Origin: Candidatus Zambryskiibacteriota bacterium
GTDB taxonomy: Bacteria; Patescibacteriota; Minisyncoccia; Phycocordibacterales; DATDWN01
Reading direction: 5' to 3'
Assembly: GCA_016202965.1 (NCBI GenBank)
Contig: JACQNQ010000028.1
Coordinates: forward strand, 1 to 35,376
Length of the DNA: 35,376 nt
Shown one piece after another: positions 15,405-22,522 of the stretch. Both the position numbers and the translations under genes were made by a program. The notes under the pieces are model-generated. The model worked only from the letters and a program-made list of their open reading frames with translations. It was not told the DNA's origin and made no database searches. How positions within the stretch are numbered: position 1 is the stretch's first letter; the number at the start of each line of letters is the position of its first letter.

Positions 15405-16538
15405 ATGAAACAACAAAAAATCAAAGGGGAAGGTTCTTATCTGGCTACCGAGTGTGATAAAGTTGGCGAGATTGCTTTGCATTACGGTTTTACCATAATC
15501 AAGCCGCCACAGATTAGCCCTTCGGATATTTCCAAAGCCAAGCAATTCAAGGATTTTGACTACTACAACGACGTCGAAGAAAAAGTGGCTTTAACCAGTT
15601 GGTATATTGATCGCGACCTTCACAACCAAAGTCAGCTGATAGCTATTCATTATAAAAAACCGCGCGAAAATTTATACAGTTTTGAGATTATGGGCAGTGA
15701 CAAAAGCATCAGCGAAGGACTGCTTTTAAAATGCGCTTTGGCGGTACTCTATGAACTTGGCTGGACAAATCTATATATAGACATAAACAGTATCGGGGAT
15801 AAAGAGTCGGTCGGAAAATTTGAACGAGAACTCGGAGCTTACTTTCGCAAACACACCCATACATTGTCGGCAAAATTAAATCAAAAATTCAGAAAAAATC
15901 ACTATTCTATACTGACTGATAACTCGCCTGAGAGCCAATCTTTCAGACAAGACGCTCCACAAACGGTTGGCTCACTGTCCGATATTGCCAGAGTCCATTT
16001 CAAAGAAGTTCTGGAGTTTCTGGAAACATTCAGTGTCGCTTATAAAATCAAACCGAATGTCTTATCCAATAAACTTTACGCTTCATATACCGTTTTTGAA
16101 ATACGAAACGATGACCAGTTATTGGCTTACGGTTACAGATACAACCACTTGGCCAGAAAAATTGGAGCAAAAAGAGATATACCGTCTGTCGGTCTGACGG
16201 TCCTGGTCAAAAAACAACCGAAGTTTTCCAAAAAAGTCATCATCAAAAATATAAAGAAACCGAAATTTTATCTGGTTCAACTCGGAGAAACGGCCAAACT
16301 GAAAGTTTTAAATGTCATAGAGATGCTTCGCAGGGAAAAAATTCCCGTCTATCACTCCATAACAAAAGATAAAATGGTGGGACAGCTTTCCGGCGCTGAA
16401 TATATGAAAGCTACACACGTTTTGGTCATGGGACAAAAAGAAGCTGTGGAAAACACAATGATAGTCCGCAGCATTGCAAGCCGTGAGCAAGAAACCGTGC
16501 CTTTGGACAAACTTGTTAAATTTTTAAAAAAGTTATAG
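15405..16538 (+). CDS. HisRS-like class II aminoacyl-tRNA synthetase homologue with degenerate catalytic motifs
   Basis: 377 aa. HisRS-type layout: EGLLLKCALAVLYELGWTNLYIDINSIGD and a C-terminal HGTP anticodon-binding-like domain (FYLVQLGE...THVLVMGQKE...VRSI). HYKKPRENLYSFEIMG replaces motif 2 (RYERPQ.GR.RQF.Q). AYGYRYNHL replaces GGRYD.L. The motif 3 Gly/Arg pattern is absent. Confidence 0.6.
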   Translation: MKQQKIKGEGSYLATECDKVGEIALHYGFTIIKPPQISPSDISKAKQFKDFDYYNDVEEKVALTSWYIDRDLHNQSQLIAIHYKKPRENLYSFEIMGSDKSISEGLLLKCALAVLYELGWTNLYIDINSIGDKESVGKFERELGAYFRKHTHTLSAKLNQKFRKNHYSILTDNSPESQSFRQDAPQTVGSLSDIARVHFKEVLEFLETFSVAYKIKPNVLSNKLYASYTVFEIRNDDQLLAYGYRYNHLARKIGAKRDIPSVGLTVLVKKQPKFSKKVIIKNIKKPKFYLVQLGETAKLKVLNVIEMLRREKIPVYHSITKDKMVGQLSGAEYMKATHVLVMGQKEAVENTMIVRSIASREQETVPLDKLVKFLKKL

Positions 16539-16544
16539 AAAGGG

Positions 16545-16681
16545 AAATAATTAAAATCTCTTTCTTCTCATATCTCTCGAAGAGACACGCATAAATCCTT
16601 GCTAGGATTTTGCTGTTCTCGCGCCAGTCGCGCTGTGAAAGTCTCTTCTCGAGATATGATTCGACGAGATTTTAATTATTT
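16545..16681. repeat. long compound hairpin (V1) between the HisRS-like gene and rpsU
   Basis: AAATAATTAAAATCTC (16545-16560) pairs with GAGATTTTAATTATTT (16666-16681). The second tier is CATATCTCTCGAAGAGAC / GTCTCTTCTCGAGATATG. Inner hairpins are AAATCC..GGATTT and GCGC..GCGC. Confidence 0.85.
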
Positions 16682-16723
16682 TGAAAGTTGAAATGAAAAT
16701 ATAGATATGCTAGAGTGGACGCC

Positions 16724-16969
16724 ATGATAAATGCGGAAGTGGTCAAAACGGGCAATGAAAATAATGTCAATCTGATAAGACGCTTTACCAAAAAAGTGCA
16801 GGGAGCGGGCATTTTACCGCGCGTCCGAAGCATCCGCTATTCCTCGAGAAAACTGTCGGAATACGTCAAGAAGAAAAAAACTCTCAAATCTTTAAAAAAA
16901 CGGGAAGCTATAGCCGAGCTGATTAAAATGGGAAAGATGAGTGAGTACACAAAAGGGGGCAAGAGGTAA
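16724..16969 (+). CDS. rpsU: 30S ribosomal protein S21
   Basis: Small, very basic protein. VVKTGNENNVNLIRRFTKKVQGAGILPRVRSIRYSSRKLSEYVKKKK matches the S21 pattern. The ORF track opens at 16715 (GTG). Confidence 0.8.
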   Translation: MINAEVVKTGNENNVNLIRRFTKKVQGAGILPRVRSIRYSSRKLSEYVKKKKTLKSLKKREAIAELIKMGKMSEYTKGGKR

Positions 16970-16974
16970 GGAAC

Positions 16975-17095
16975 AATTTCTAATTGACCTAATTATACTA
17001 ATTTCTAAATAAATCCCAATGTCTAAATCCTAAATTGGGTATTGGAACTTAGGTATTGTTTAGGTTAATTAGAATAATTAGAAATTAGGTTAATT
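16975..17095. repeat. family W hairpin repeat, copy W1
   Basis: AATTTCTAATTGACCTAATTATACTAATTTCTAAATAAATCCCAATG... folds back on ...TAGGTTAATTAGAATAATTAGAAATTAGGTTAATT. Its left arm is identical to the reverse complement of 20244-20280. Confidence 0.85.
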
Positions 17096-17098
17096 TTA

Positions 17099-17458
17099 AT
17101 GACAAAACATTTTTCTATTACAAATAAAACGCGAAGCAAGATTTCTCGTGTCAACTTTTCACGCATAAAAAACACAGTGCTTGGTAAAAACTATTCTTTA
17201 TCTCTGGTTTTTATTGGAGAGAAAAAGTCGCAACAGCTGAACAAAAGTTATCGTGGTAAAAATAAACCAGCGAATATCTTGAGTTTTCCTCTGAACAAAA
17301 ACTCGGGAGAAATTTTCATTGCGCTGACTGTGGCAAAAAAGGATGGTTTTTCTGTCGGTTCTCTGTTTATCCACGGTTTGTTGCATTTGAAGGGATATGC
17401 CCATGGTGATACAATGGAGAGAAGTGAAACAAAATTGCGAAAGCAATTTCGAGTGTGA
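17099..17458 (+). CDS. ybeY: rRNA maturation endoribonuclease YbeY
   Basis: 119 aa. Metal-binding motif HGLLHLKGYAH (H-x3-H-x5-H). Confidence 0.85.
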   Translation: MTKHFSITNKTRSKISRVNFSRIKNTVLGKNYSLSLVFIGEKKSQQLNKSYRGKNKPANILSFPLNKNSGEIFIALTVAKKDGFSVGSLFIHGLLHLKGYAHGDTMERSETKLRKQFRV

Positions 17459-17511
17459 AAGTTGAATTTGCATTTACTTTTAACTTTCGACTTTTAACTT
17501 TTAACTTTTCT
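17456..17511. repeat. family Y repeat, asymmetric copy Y4
   Basis: GAAAGTT GAATTTGCATTT ACTTTTAACTTTCGACTTTTAACTTTTAACTTTT. This creates the spurious N-terminal extension of the ftsA ORF in the ORF track. Confidence 0.7.
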
Positions 17512-18690
17512 ATGCTTCGCAACATTACAGTTGGAATAGATATCGGCACATACCAAGTCAAAGTGGTAATCTCTGAACTTGTCAAAATTGACGGAAAACC
17601 CACTACCCGCGTTCTGGGCACAGGACTGGTGGAATCAAAAGGCCTTCGACACGGCTATATTATAAACAACAAAGACGTCACGGAAAGTATCAGAGGAGCA
17701 GTGACACTTGCCGAAAAAACAGCCGGAGTAAAAGCGCATAGAGCCTTTGTGGCTGTCGGAGGAATAGGTCTCTCCGGAATAGTTTCCACCGGCAATACCA
17801 TAATAAGCCGGGCCGATTTGGAAATAACCGACCTTGATATGGAAAAGGTCTGTCAAATATGCGAGGATGATTTGCCTACCGCCGTAATCCAGAACCGCCG
17901 AATTTTGCACAGTATTCCAATTTCTTACAAGATAGATGGCAAACCGGTTATAGCTAAAACTCCACTCGGAATGAAAGCCGCCAAACTTGAAGTTAAAATG
18001 CTTTTTGTGACCTGTCTTGAACCGCACTTAAACGACTTGCTCCAAGCGGTGGAGGAAGCCGGCATTGAAGTTATAGATTGTCTGGCTTCTCCCATTGCCG
18101 CTTCTTTTGTCACTTTATCCAAACAGCAAAAAATGGTCGGGTGCCTTTTGGCCAATATCGGCGCGGAAACCATTTCCATTGTTGTCTTTGAAAATAACAT
18201 ACCTATTTCTCTGGAAGTTTTTCCAATAGGTTCAACGGACATTACCAACGATATCGCTTTAGGGCTAAAAATTCCTCTGGAAGAAGCGGAGAATCTAAAA
18301 ATCGGCGGACTGGGCATAGGCTCGTTCTCAAAGAAAAAACTGGACGAGATTATTTCGGCCAGATTGTCCGATATGTTTGAGCTGATAGAAAATCATTTGA
18401 AAAAAATCGGCAGGAGCGGGCTTTTGCCGGCAGGAATTTTTATAAGCGGTGGCGGAAGCGGTATCGCTACTGTTGAAGATTTCGCCAAAGTGGCTTTGAG
18501 ATTGCCTTCACGTTTAGCTACTCTTTCATTATCAGATAAAAAAAATATAAAAGATTCAACCTGGGCCGTTGCTTACGGATTGTGCATGCTTGGAAACTCA
18601 AAAGAAGAAAAGGTCAATCTCGGGCTGCGGCCGACCATTAACAGTTACGGTATGAAAATTTTCGGCTGGTTTAAACAGTTTCTGCCATAA
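17512..18690 (+). CDS. ftsA: cell division protein FtsA
   Basis: Actin-fold ATPase. It starts MLRNITVGIDIGTYQVKVV and contains GIFISGGGSGIA. It lies upstream of ftsZ. The start is chosen at the ATG after the repeat. Confidence 0.9.
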   Translation: MLRNITVGIDIGTYQVKVVISELVKIDGKPTTRVLGTGLVESKGLRHGYIINNKDVTESIRGAVTLAEKTAGVKAHRAFVAVGGIGLSGIVSTGNTIISRADLEITDLDMEKVCQICEDDLPTAVIQNRRILHSIPISYKIDGKPVIAKTPLGMKAAKLEVKMLFVTCLEPHLNDLLQAVEEAGIEVIDCLASPIAASFVTLSKQQKMVGCLLANIGAETISIVVFENNIPISLEVFPIGSTDITNDIALGLKIPLEEAENLKIGGLGIGSFSKKKLDEIISARLSDMFELIENHLKKIGRSGLLPAGIFISGGGSGIATVEDFAKVALRLPSRLATLSLSDKKNIKDSTWAVAYGLCMLGNSKEEKVNLGLRPTINSYGMKIFGWFKQFLP

Positions 18691-18743
18691 ACCCGCCTAA
18701 GTTTTATTTTAGAGAATACAACTTCAGAGATTTAAAGTTACTA

Positions 18744-18769
18744 AAACACCTATAAAATAGGTGTTTTTC
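18744..18769 (+). terminator. intrinsic terminator after ftsA
   Basis: ACACCTA-TAAAA-TAGGTGT followed by TTTT. Confidence 0.6.
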
Positions 18770-18817
18770 TGAACATAAAATTTAGGCTGGGTCAACTGTT
18801 TTTATTTTTTTGCTTTG

Positions 18818-18826
18818 TGATATAGT
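18818..18826 (+). promoter_or_regulatory. possible extended -10 promoter (TGaTATAGT) for ftsZ
   Basis: TGATATAGT lies ~195 nt upstream of the ftsZ ATG. There is no good -35. Confidence 0.3.
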
Positions 18827-18876
18827 AGCCCTACCTGATAAGTTAAAAATTACCACGCAGTCAAACCTGCAAAAAG

Positions 18877-18989
18877 GACTTGCTCAGGTGGATGCAGTTC
18901 TAGTCTAGGCGGATGAGAAAAAGAATTGGAGCCTGCCTGAGTGCGTAGGTGACAATTATTTTTTGAAGTCCAACAACAAAATGCGCCGC
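18877..18989 (+). repeat. family Z element, copy Z3, in the ftsZ 5' region
   Basis: Outer stem GGACTTGC (18877-18884) / GCAAGTCC (18982-18989). The conserved block at 18907-18976 matches Z2 except for the central hairpin, which differs in sequence but still pairs (CCTGC...GCGTAGG). Confidence 0.8.
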
Positions 18990-19021
18990 CTGTGCAAGTC
19001 CGACAATAATCAAAATATAAT

Positions 19022-20167
19022 ATGCCTCAGATAAAACCAGACGTAGAAGCTTTTGCCAGAATCAAAGTTCTCGGTATCGGCGGGTCAGGTGGAAATTCCT
19101 TGAACCATATGGTCAACTCAAAAGTCAGAGGAGTTGACTTTGTGGCGGTCAATACGGATTCTCAAGACCTTCATCATTCTCTGGCAAAACGCAAAATCCA
19201 TATCGGCAAGAATTTGACTCATGGACTGGGAGCCGGCATGAATCCGGAACTCGGTAAGCGCGCGGTAGAAGAAACGAAGGAGGAAATCCAGGAAGTCTTG
19301 AAAGGAGCCGATATGGTTTTTATTGCCGGCGGACTTGGCGGAGGCACTTGCACCGGAGCCGCTCCGACAGTTGCTCGTGTGGCAAAAGAAATGGGAGCTT
19401 TGACTGTAGCCATAGTAACCAAACCTTTTTTCTTTGAAGGCCAGCAAAGAATGAAAATTGCCGAAGTCGGACTTGAGGAACTTCGCCAGGCGGTGGACGC
19501 TATTATTGTCATTCCAAACGACCGGCTCTTGGCCTCAGTCAGCAAAGAAACTACGGCAAAAAACGCTTTTGCCATGTGCGACGATGTTTTGAAGTCCGCC
19601 GTGGAAGGCATCTCCGACCTTATCACCACTCCCGGTATAATAAACATTGACTTTGCCGATATCAGAGCGGTTATGGAAAACGCCGGACCGGCCTTGATGG
19701 GTATTGGCACAGCTACCGGAGAAAAACGGGCGGAAGAAGCGGCAAAATCGGCCATCAATTCCCCTCTTTTGGAAGTTTCCATAAATGGAGCGAAAGGTGT
19801 GTTATTTTCAATCGCCGGTGGAGACGACCTAGGCATGTTTGAAATCCAGGACGCGGCAAAGATTATCACCGAATCGGTTGACCAAAACGCCAAAATTATT
19901 TTCGGTACCGTTCGAGACGAAAAATTGAAAAAAGGCGAGGTCAAAATCACCGTTATCGCCTCAAACTTCCCGGAAAACTTTACCAAGAAAACACTCTTCC
20001 AGTCGCAACCGACGAAAGAAAAAGAAGTGGAAGACCTGTCTGCGCAGGCAGGAAAAGGCAAAATTTATAATTCCGTTCCAGCACCAAAAAATAACGACAA
20101 AAATGAAGTGGACGAGGACGATTGGGGCGCAGTACCGGCATTTTTGAGAAGAAGCAAACTTAAGTAA
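19022..20167 (+). CDS. ftsZ: cell division GTPase FtsZ
   Basis: 381 aa. Tubulin signature GLGGGTCTGAAP, NTDSQDL, and a C-terminal conserved peptide (DDWGAVPAFLRR). Confidence 0.97.
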   Translation: MPQIKPDVEAFARIKVLGIGGSGGNSLNHMVNSKVRGVDFVAVNTDSQDLHHSLAKRKIHIGKNLTHGLGAGMNPELGKRAVEETKEEIQEVLKGADMVFIAGGLGGGTCTGAAPTVARVAKEMGALTVAIVTKPFFFEGQQRMKIAEVGLEELRQAVDAIIVIPNDRLLASVSKETTAKNAFAMCDDVLKSAVEGISDLITTPGIINIDFADIRAVMENAGPALMGIGTATGEKRAEEAAKSAINSPLLEVSINGAKGVLFSIAGGDDLGMFEIQDAAKIITESVDQNAKIIFGTVRDEKLKKGEVKITVIASNFPENFTKKTLFQSQPTKEKEVEDLSAQAGKGKIYNSVPAPKNNDKNEVDEDDWGAVPAFLRRSKLK

Positions 20168-20282
20168 ATTAATCTGATTTCTAATTATTCTAATTGACCT
20201 AAATAAATCCCGATGATCAATTTGGACATTGGGATTTGGTTATTATTTAGAAATTAGTATAATTAGGTCAATTAGAAATTTT
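20168..20282. repeat. family W hairpin repeat, copy W2 (inverted relative to W1)
   Basis: TTTCTAATTATTCTAATTGACCTAAATAAATCCCGATG... pairs with ...TATTTAGAAATTAGTATAATTAGGTCAATTAGAAATT. It accounts for the spurious N-terminal extension of the next ORF. Confidence 0.85.
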
Positions 20283-20285
20283 ATT

Positions 20286-21224
20286 ATGAATCTGTATGAT
20301 TTAATAATTATCGGTGGCGGGCCGGCTGGAGTTTCTGCCGGTGTGTACGCCGCAAGAAAAAGACTGAAAACTTTGCTCATCGCGCCTGAATTCGGCGGAC
20401 AAAGTATTGTGTCGGAAGGAATAGAAAACTGGATCGGCACAGTCAAAATCACCGGGGCTGAACTTGCTGAAAATTTCAAAAAACATCTGCAAGCATACGC
20501 CAATGATTCAGTTACTATAAAAGAGGGTGAATATGTTACAGATATGTCAAGGACTCCCCTTGACACTGAAAATGCATTTAAAGTTTTGACAGACAAAGGC
20601 GAGTATAAAAGCAAAACTGTTCTTATCGCCACAGGCGCTTCAAGGAGAAAACTGGAAATTCCGGGGGCGAAAGAGTTCGATAACAAGGGCCTGACATACT
20701 GCGCTTCCTGTGATGGCCCACTTTTTGCCGGACAGGATGTGGTAGTTATTGGCGGAGGCAACGCCGCTTTTGAAACATCTGCTCAACTTCTCGCCTACTG
20801 CAAATCAGTAACACTTTTAAATCGCAGTCAAAATTTTCGGGCAGACGAAATCACAATAGCCAAATTAAAAACAAATCCAAAATTCAAAATTATCACAAAT
20901 GCGCTGCCAAAAGAAATTAAGGGCGAGCAATTTGTTAAAAGTATTATCTGGGAAGATGCAGTGACGAAAGAAAATCATGAAATCCAAACCCCTGGTATTT
21001 TCGTAGAAATTGGACTCATACCAACAACAAGTTTTGCCAAAAATATATTGGAGCTAAACAAAATAGGTCAAATCCCGACTGACCCGCGCACTCAGCAAAC
21101 AAAAGTTCCCGGTATCTGGGCCGCCGGCGACGCCACAGACGGACTCTACCACCAAAACAATATCGCCTCCGGCGACGCAGTGAAAGCTTTGGAAGATATT
21201 TACCTGCATCTTCATGTAAAATAA
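20286..21224 (+). CDS. trxB: thioredoxin reductase-like FAD/NAD(P) pyridine nucleotide-disulfide oxidoreductase
   Basis: MNLYDLIIIGGGPAGVSAGVYAARK (FAD GxGxxG), redox-active CASCDG, VVVIGGGNAAFE (NAD(P)H site) and GIWAAGDA. Confidence 0.85.
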   Translation: MNLYDLIIIGGGPAGVSAGVYAARKRLKTLLIAPEFGGQSIVSEGIENWIGTVKITGAELAENFKKHLQAYANDSVTIKEGEYVTDMSRTPLDTENAFKVLTDKGEYKSKTVLIATGASRRKLEIPGAKEFDNKGLTYCASCDGPLFAGQDVVVIGGGNAAFETSAQLLAYCKSVTLLNRSQNFRADEITIAKLKTNPKFKIITNALPKEIKGEQFVKSIIWEDAVTKENHEIQTPGIFVEIGLIPTTSFAKNILELNKIGQIPTDPRTQQTKVPGIWAAGDATDGLYHQNNIASGDAVKALEDIYLHLHVK

Positions 21225-21227
21225 ATT

Positions 21228-21247
21228 CTGACGGTTAGTACCGTCAG
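21228..21247. terminator. bidirectional hairpin between convergent genes
   Basis: CTGACGG-TTAGTA-CCGTCAG. Confidence 0.55.
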
Positions 21248-21254
21248 GATTTCC

Positions 21255-21560
21255 TTAATCTGGAAGAACTTCACAACAGTCTTTGTCAAAAACGAGAACT
21301 GAAAAATTAAGGGTACTTTGCTCTCGGAGTTTTTCCCACCATCTTCGTGCTTCAGGACTTTTGATACCGAGTTCATTCATGGCAACAGTCCAAGAGACTT
21401 CATACCCACCAAACCACGCGAGCTTACCAGTCACAGCCCCGACTACAGGGTCATCAGTTTTAAGATTACACGACAGAACCAAACCGATCCATTCGTCTCT
21501 GATTTCCTCAGGAGCTTCTCCTTTAGGCCGAGATGTGATGCAAATAAATCCTTGTGGCAT
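21255..21560 (-). CDS. SD-led small orphan protein (101 aa)
   Basis: AGGAGGTG lies 4 nt before the ATG. GC content is visibly higher than in neighbours. I recognise no family. The two overlapping plus-strand ORFs lack any start context. Confidence 0.7.
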   Translation of the reverse strand: MPQGFICITSRPKGEAPEEIRDEWIGLVLSCNLKTDDPVVGAVTGKLAWFGGYEVSWTVAMNELGIKSPEARRWWEKLREQSTLNFSVLVFDKDCCEVLPD

Positions 21561-21654
21561 TGAACACCTCCTATTCCAAAATTAGCATATAAAAAATTGC
21601 TTTGCAAATTTTTATTTCTTTGATAAAAATGTTATATTTCTCTTGTTAGTTTCT

Positions 21655-21729
21655 GGCCCTATCGTCTAGTGGTCAGGACAGCAGGTTTTCAATCTGTTAA
21701 CCCGGGTTCGACTCCCGGTAGGGTCACCA
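21655..21729 (+). tRNA. tRNA-Glu (TTC), CCA encoded
   Basis: GGCCCTA TC GTCT AGTGGTCA GGAC A GCAGG TTTTCAA TCTGT TAAC CCGGG TTCGACT CCCGG TAGGGTC A CCA. Confidence 0.9.
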
Positions 21730-21739
21730 GTAAATTAAC

Positions 21740-21811
21740 GCGCGATTAGCTCAGTGGTAGAGCGCTTTCTTGACGTGAAAGAGGCCGCAGGCTCAATCCC
21801 TGCATCGCGCA
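21740..21811 (+). tRNA. tRNA-Val (GAC)
   Basis: GCGCGAT TA GCTC AGTGGTA GAGC G CTTTC TTGACGT GAAAG AGGCC GCAGG CTCAATC CCTGC ATCGCGC A. No CCA is encoded. Confidence 0.9.
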
Positions 21812-21817
21812 CAAGGT

Positions 21818-21846
21818 AAAAAATTTCAACTGCTTGAAATTTTTTT
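21818..21846 (+). terminator. intrinsic terminator after the tRNA pair
   Basis: AAAAAATTTCAA-CTGC-TTGAAATTTTTTT. Confidence 0.65.
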
Positions 21847-21970
21847 ACACTTGTGCGAGACGAAAGCATGTTTTGTCAGCAGACAAAACAGCTAAGTCGG
21901 GGTCGCGGAAATCTACGAGTGTCGACGAGGAGATTATCTGTGACCACAAGTTAATTATTCCTGACCACAA

Positions 21971-22522
21971 ATGTTATTTATCTATTTTTTAATACTATTG
22001 GTTTGTTTAATTATTTCTATTTTTTTCGTTCTTTTCTTTTTAGCGGAAATTGTCGCTATTTTTACTACAGATGCGCCTTTTGTGCCGATACCGGAGGAGA
22101 CTTTGGAAAAAATTATTGAAAATTTGAAACTGGATAATAACAGTATTTTGTATGACCTTGGTTGTGGTGATGCTCGGGTACTCCAAAAAATGGTAGAAAA
22201 ATATCCAAATATAAAATCAGTGGGGATTGAAATTGCTTTCGTCCCATACATTTTGGCTCGCTTAAAAACACGCAAAAACAAAAATATACAAATAAAACGA
22301 CAAAATATTTTCAGCGCGGACGTTTCAGACGCGACACATATATTTGTCTATTTATATCCAGAAGTAATGGAAAAATTAATGCCGATGTTGGAGAAAAAAT
22401 GTTGGAAAGGCACGCTGGTTATTTCTTGCGATTTTGAAGATAAAAATCGCAAACCGACAGAAATAATCCATCTGGATACTCTTGCAAAAAGAGGAAAAAG
22501 ACTTATTGTGTATAGGTTATGA
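21971..22522 (+). CDS. class I SAM-dependent methyltransferase with an N-terminal TM helix
   Basis: 183 aa. Motif I is ILYDLGCGDARVL. The stop overlaps the tsaD start (ATGA). Confidence 0.7.
   Translation: MLFIYFLILLVCLIISIFFVLFFLAEIVAIFTTDAPFVPIPEETLEKIIENLKLDNNSILYDLGCGDARVLQKMVEKYPNIKSVGIEIAFVPYILARLKTRKNKNIQIKRQNIFSADVSDATHIFVYLYPEVMEKLMPMLEKKCWKGTLVISCDFEDKNRKPTEIIHLDTLAKRGKRLIVYRL

Noticed and set aside
17455-17511. N-terminal extensions of ftsA (from 17455), trxB (from 20229), lepB (14700), valS (24034), rpsU (16715) and the DsbA-like gene (11226) in the ORF track
   Set aside because: The extensions start at GTG or TTG, and for ftsA and trxB they are translations of repeat elements (Y4, W2). 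Conserved N-termini begin at the downstream ATGs.
19219-20061. 280-aa ORF antisense to ftsZ (and similar long antisense ORFs: 20243-20761 in trxB, 4672-5208 in ligA, 17925-18317 in ftsA)
   Set aside because: The sense strands encode unmistakable conserved proteins. The antisense translations are low-complexity (Ser/Pro/Ala-rich) and lack start signals.
21283-21585. 100-aa and 81-aa plus-strand ORFs overlapping 21255-21560
   Set aside because: The minus-strand ORF has a perfect SD and a terminator. The plus-strand ORFs are Ser/Pro-rich with no start context.
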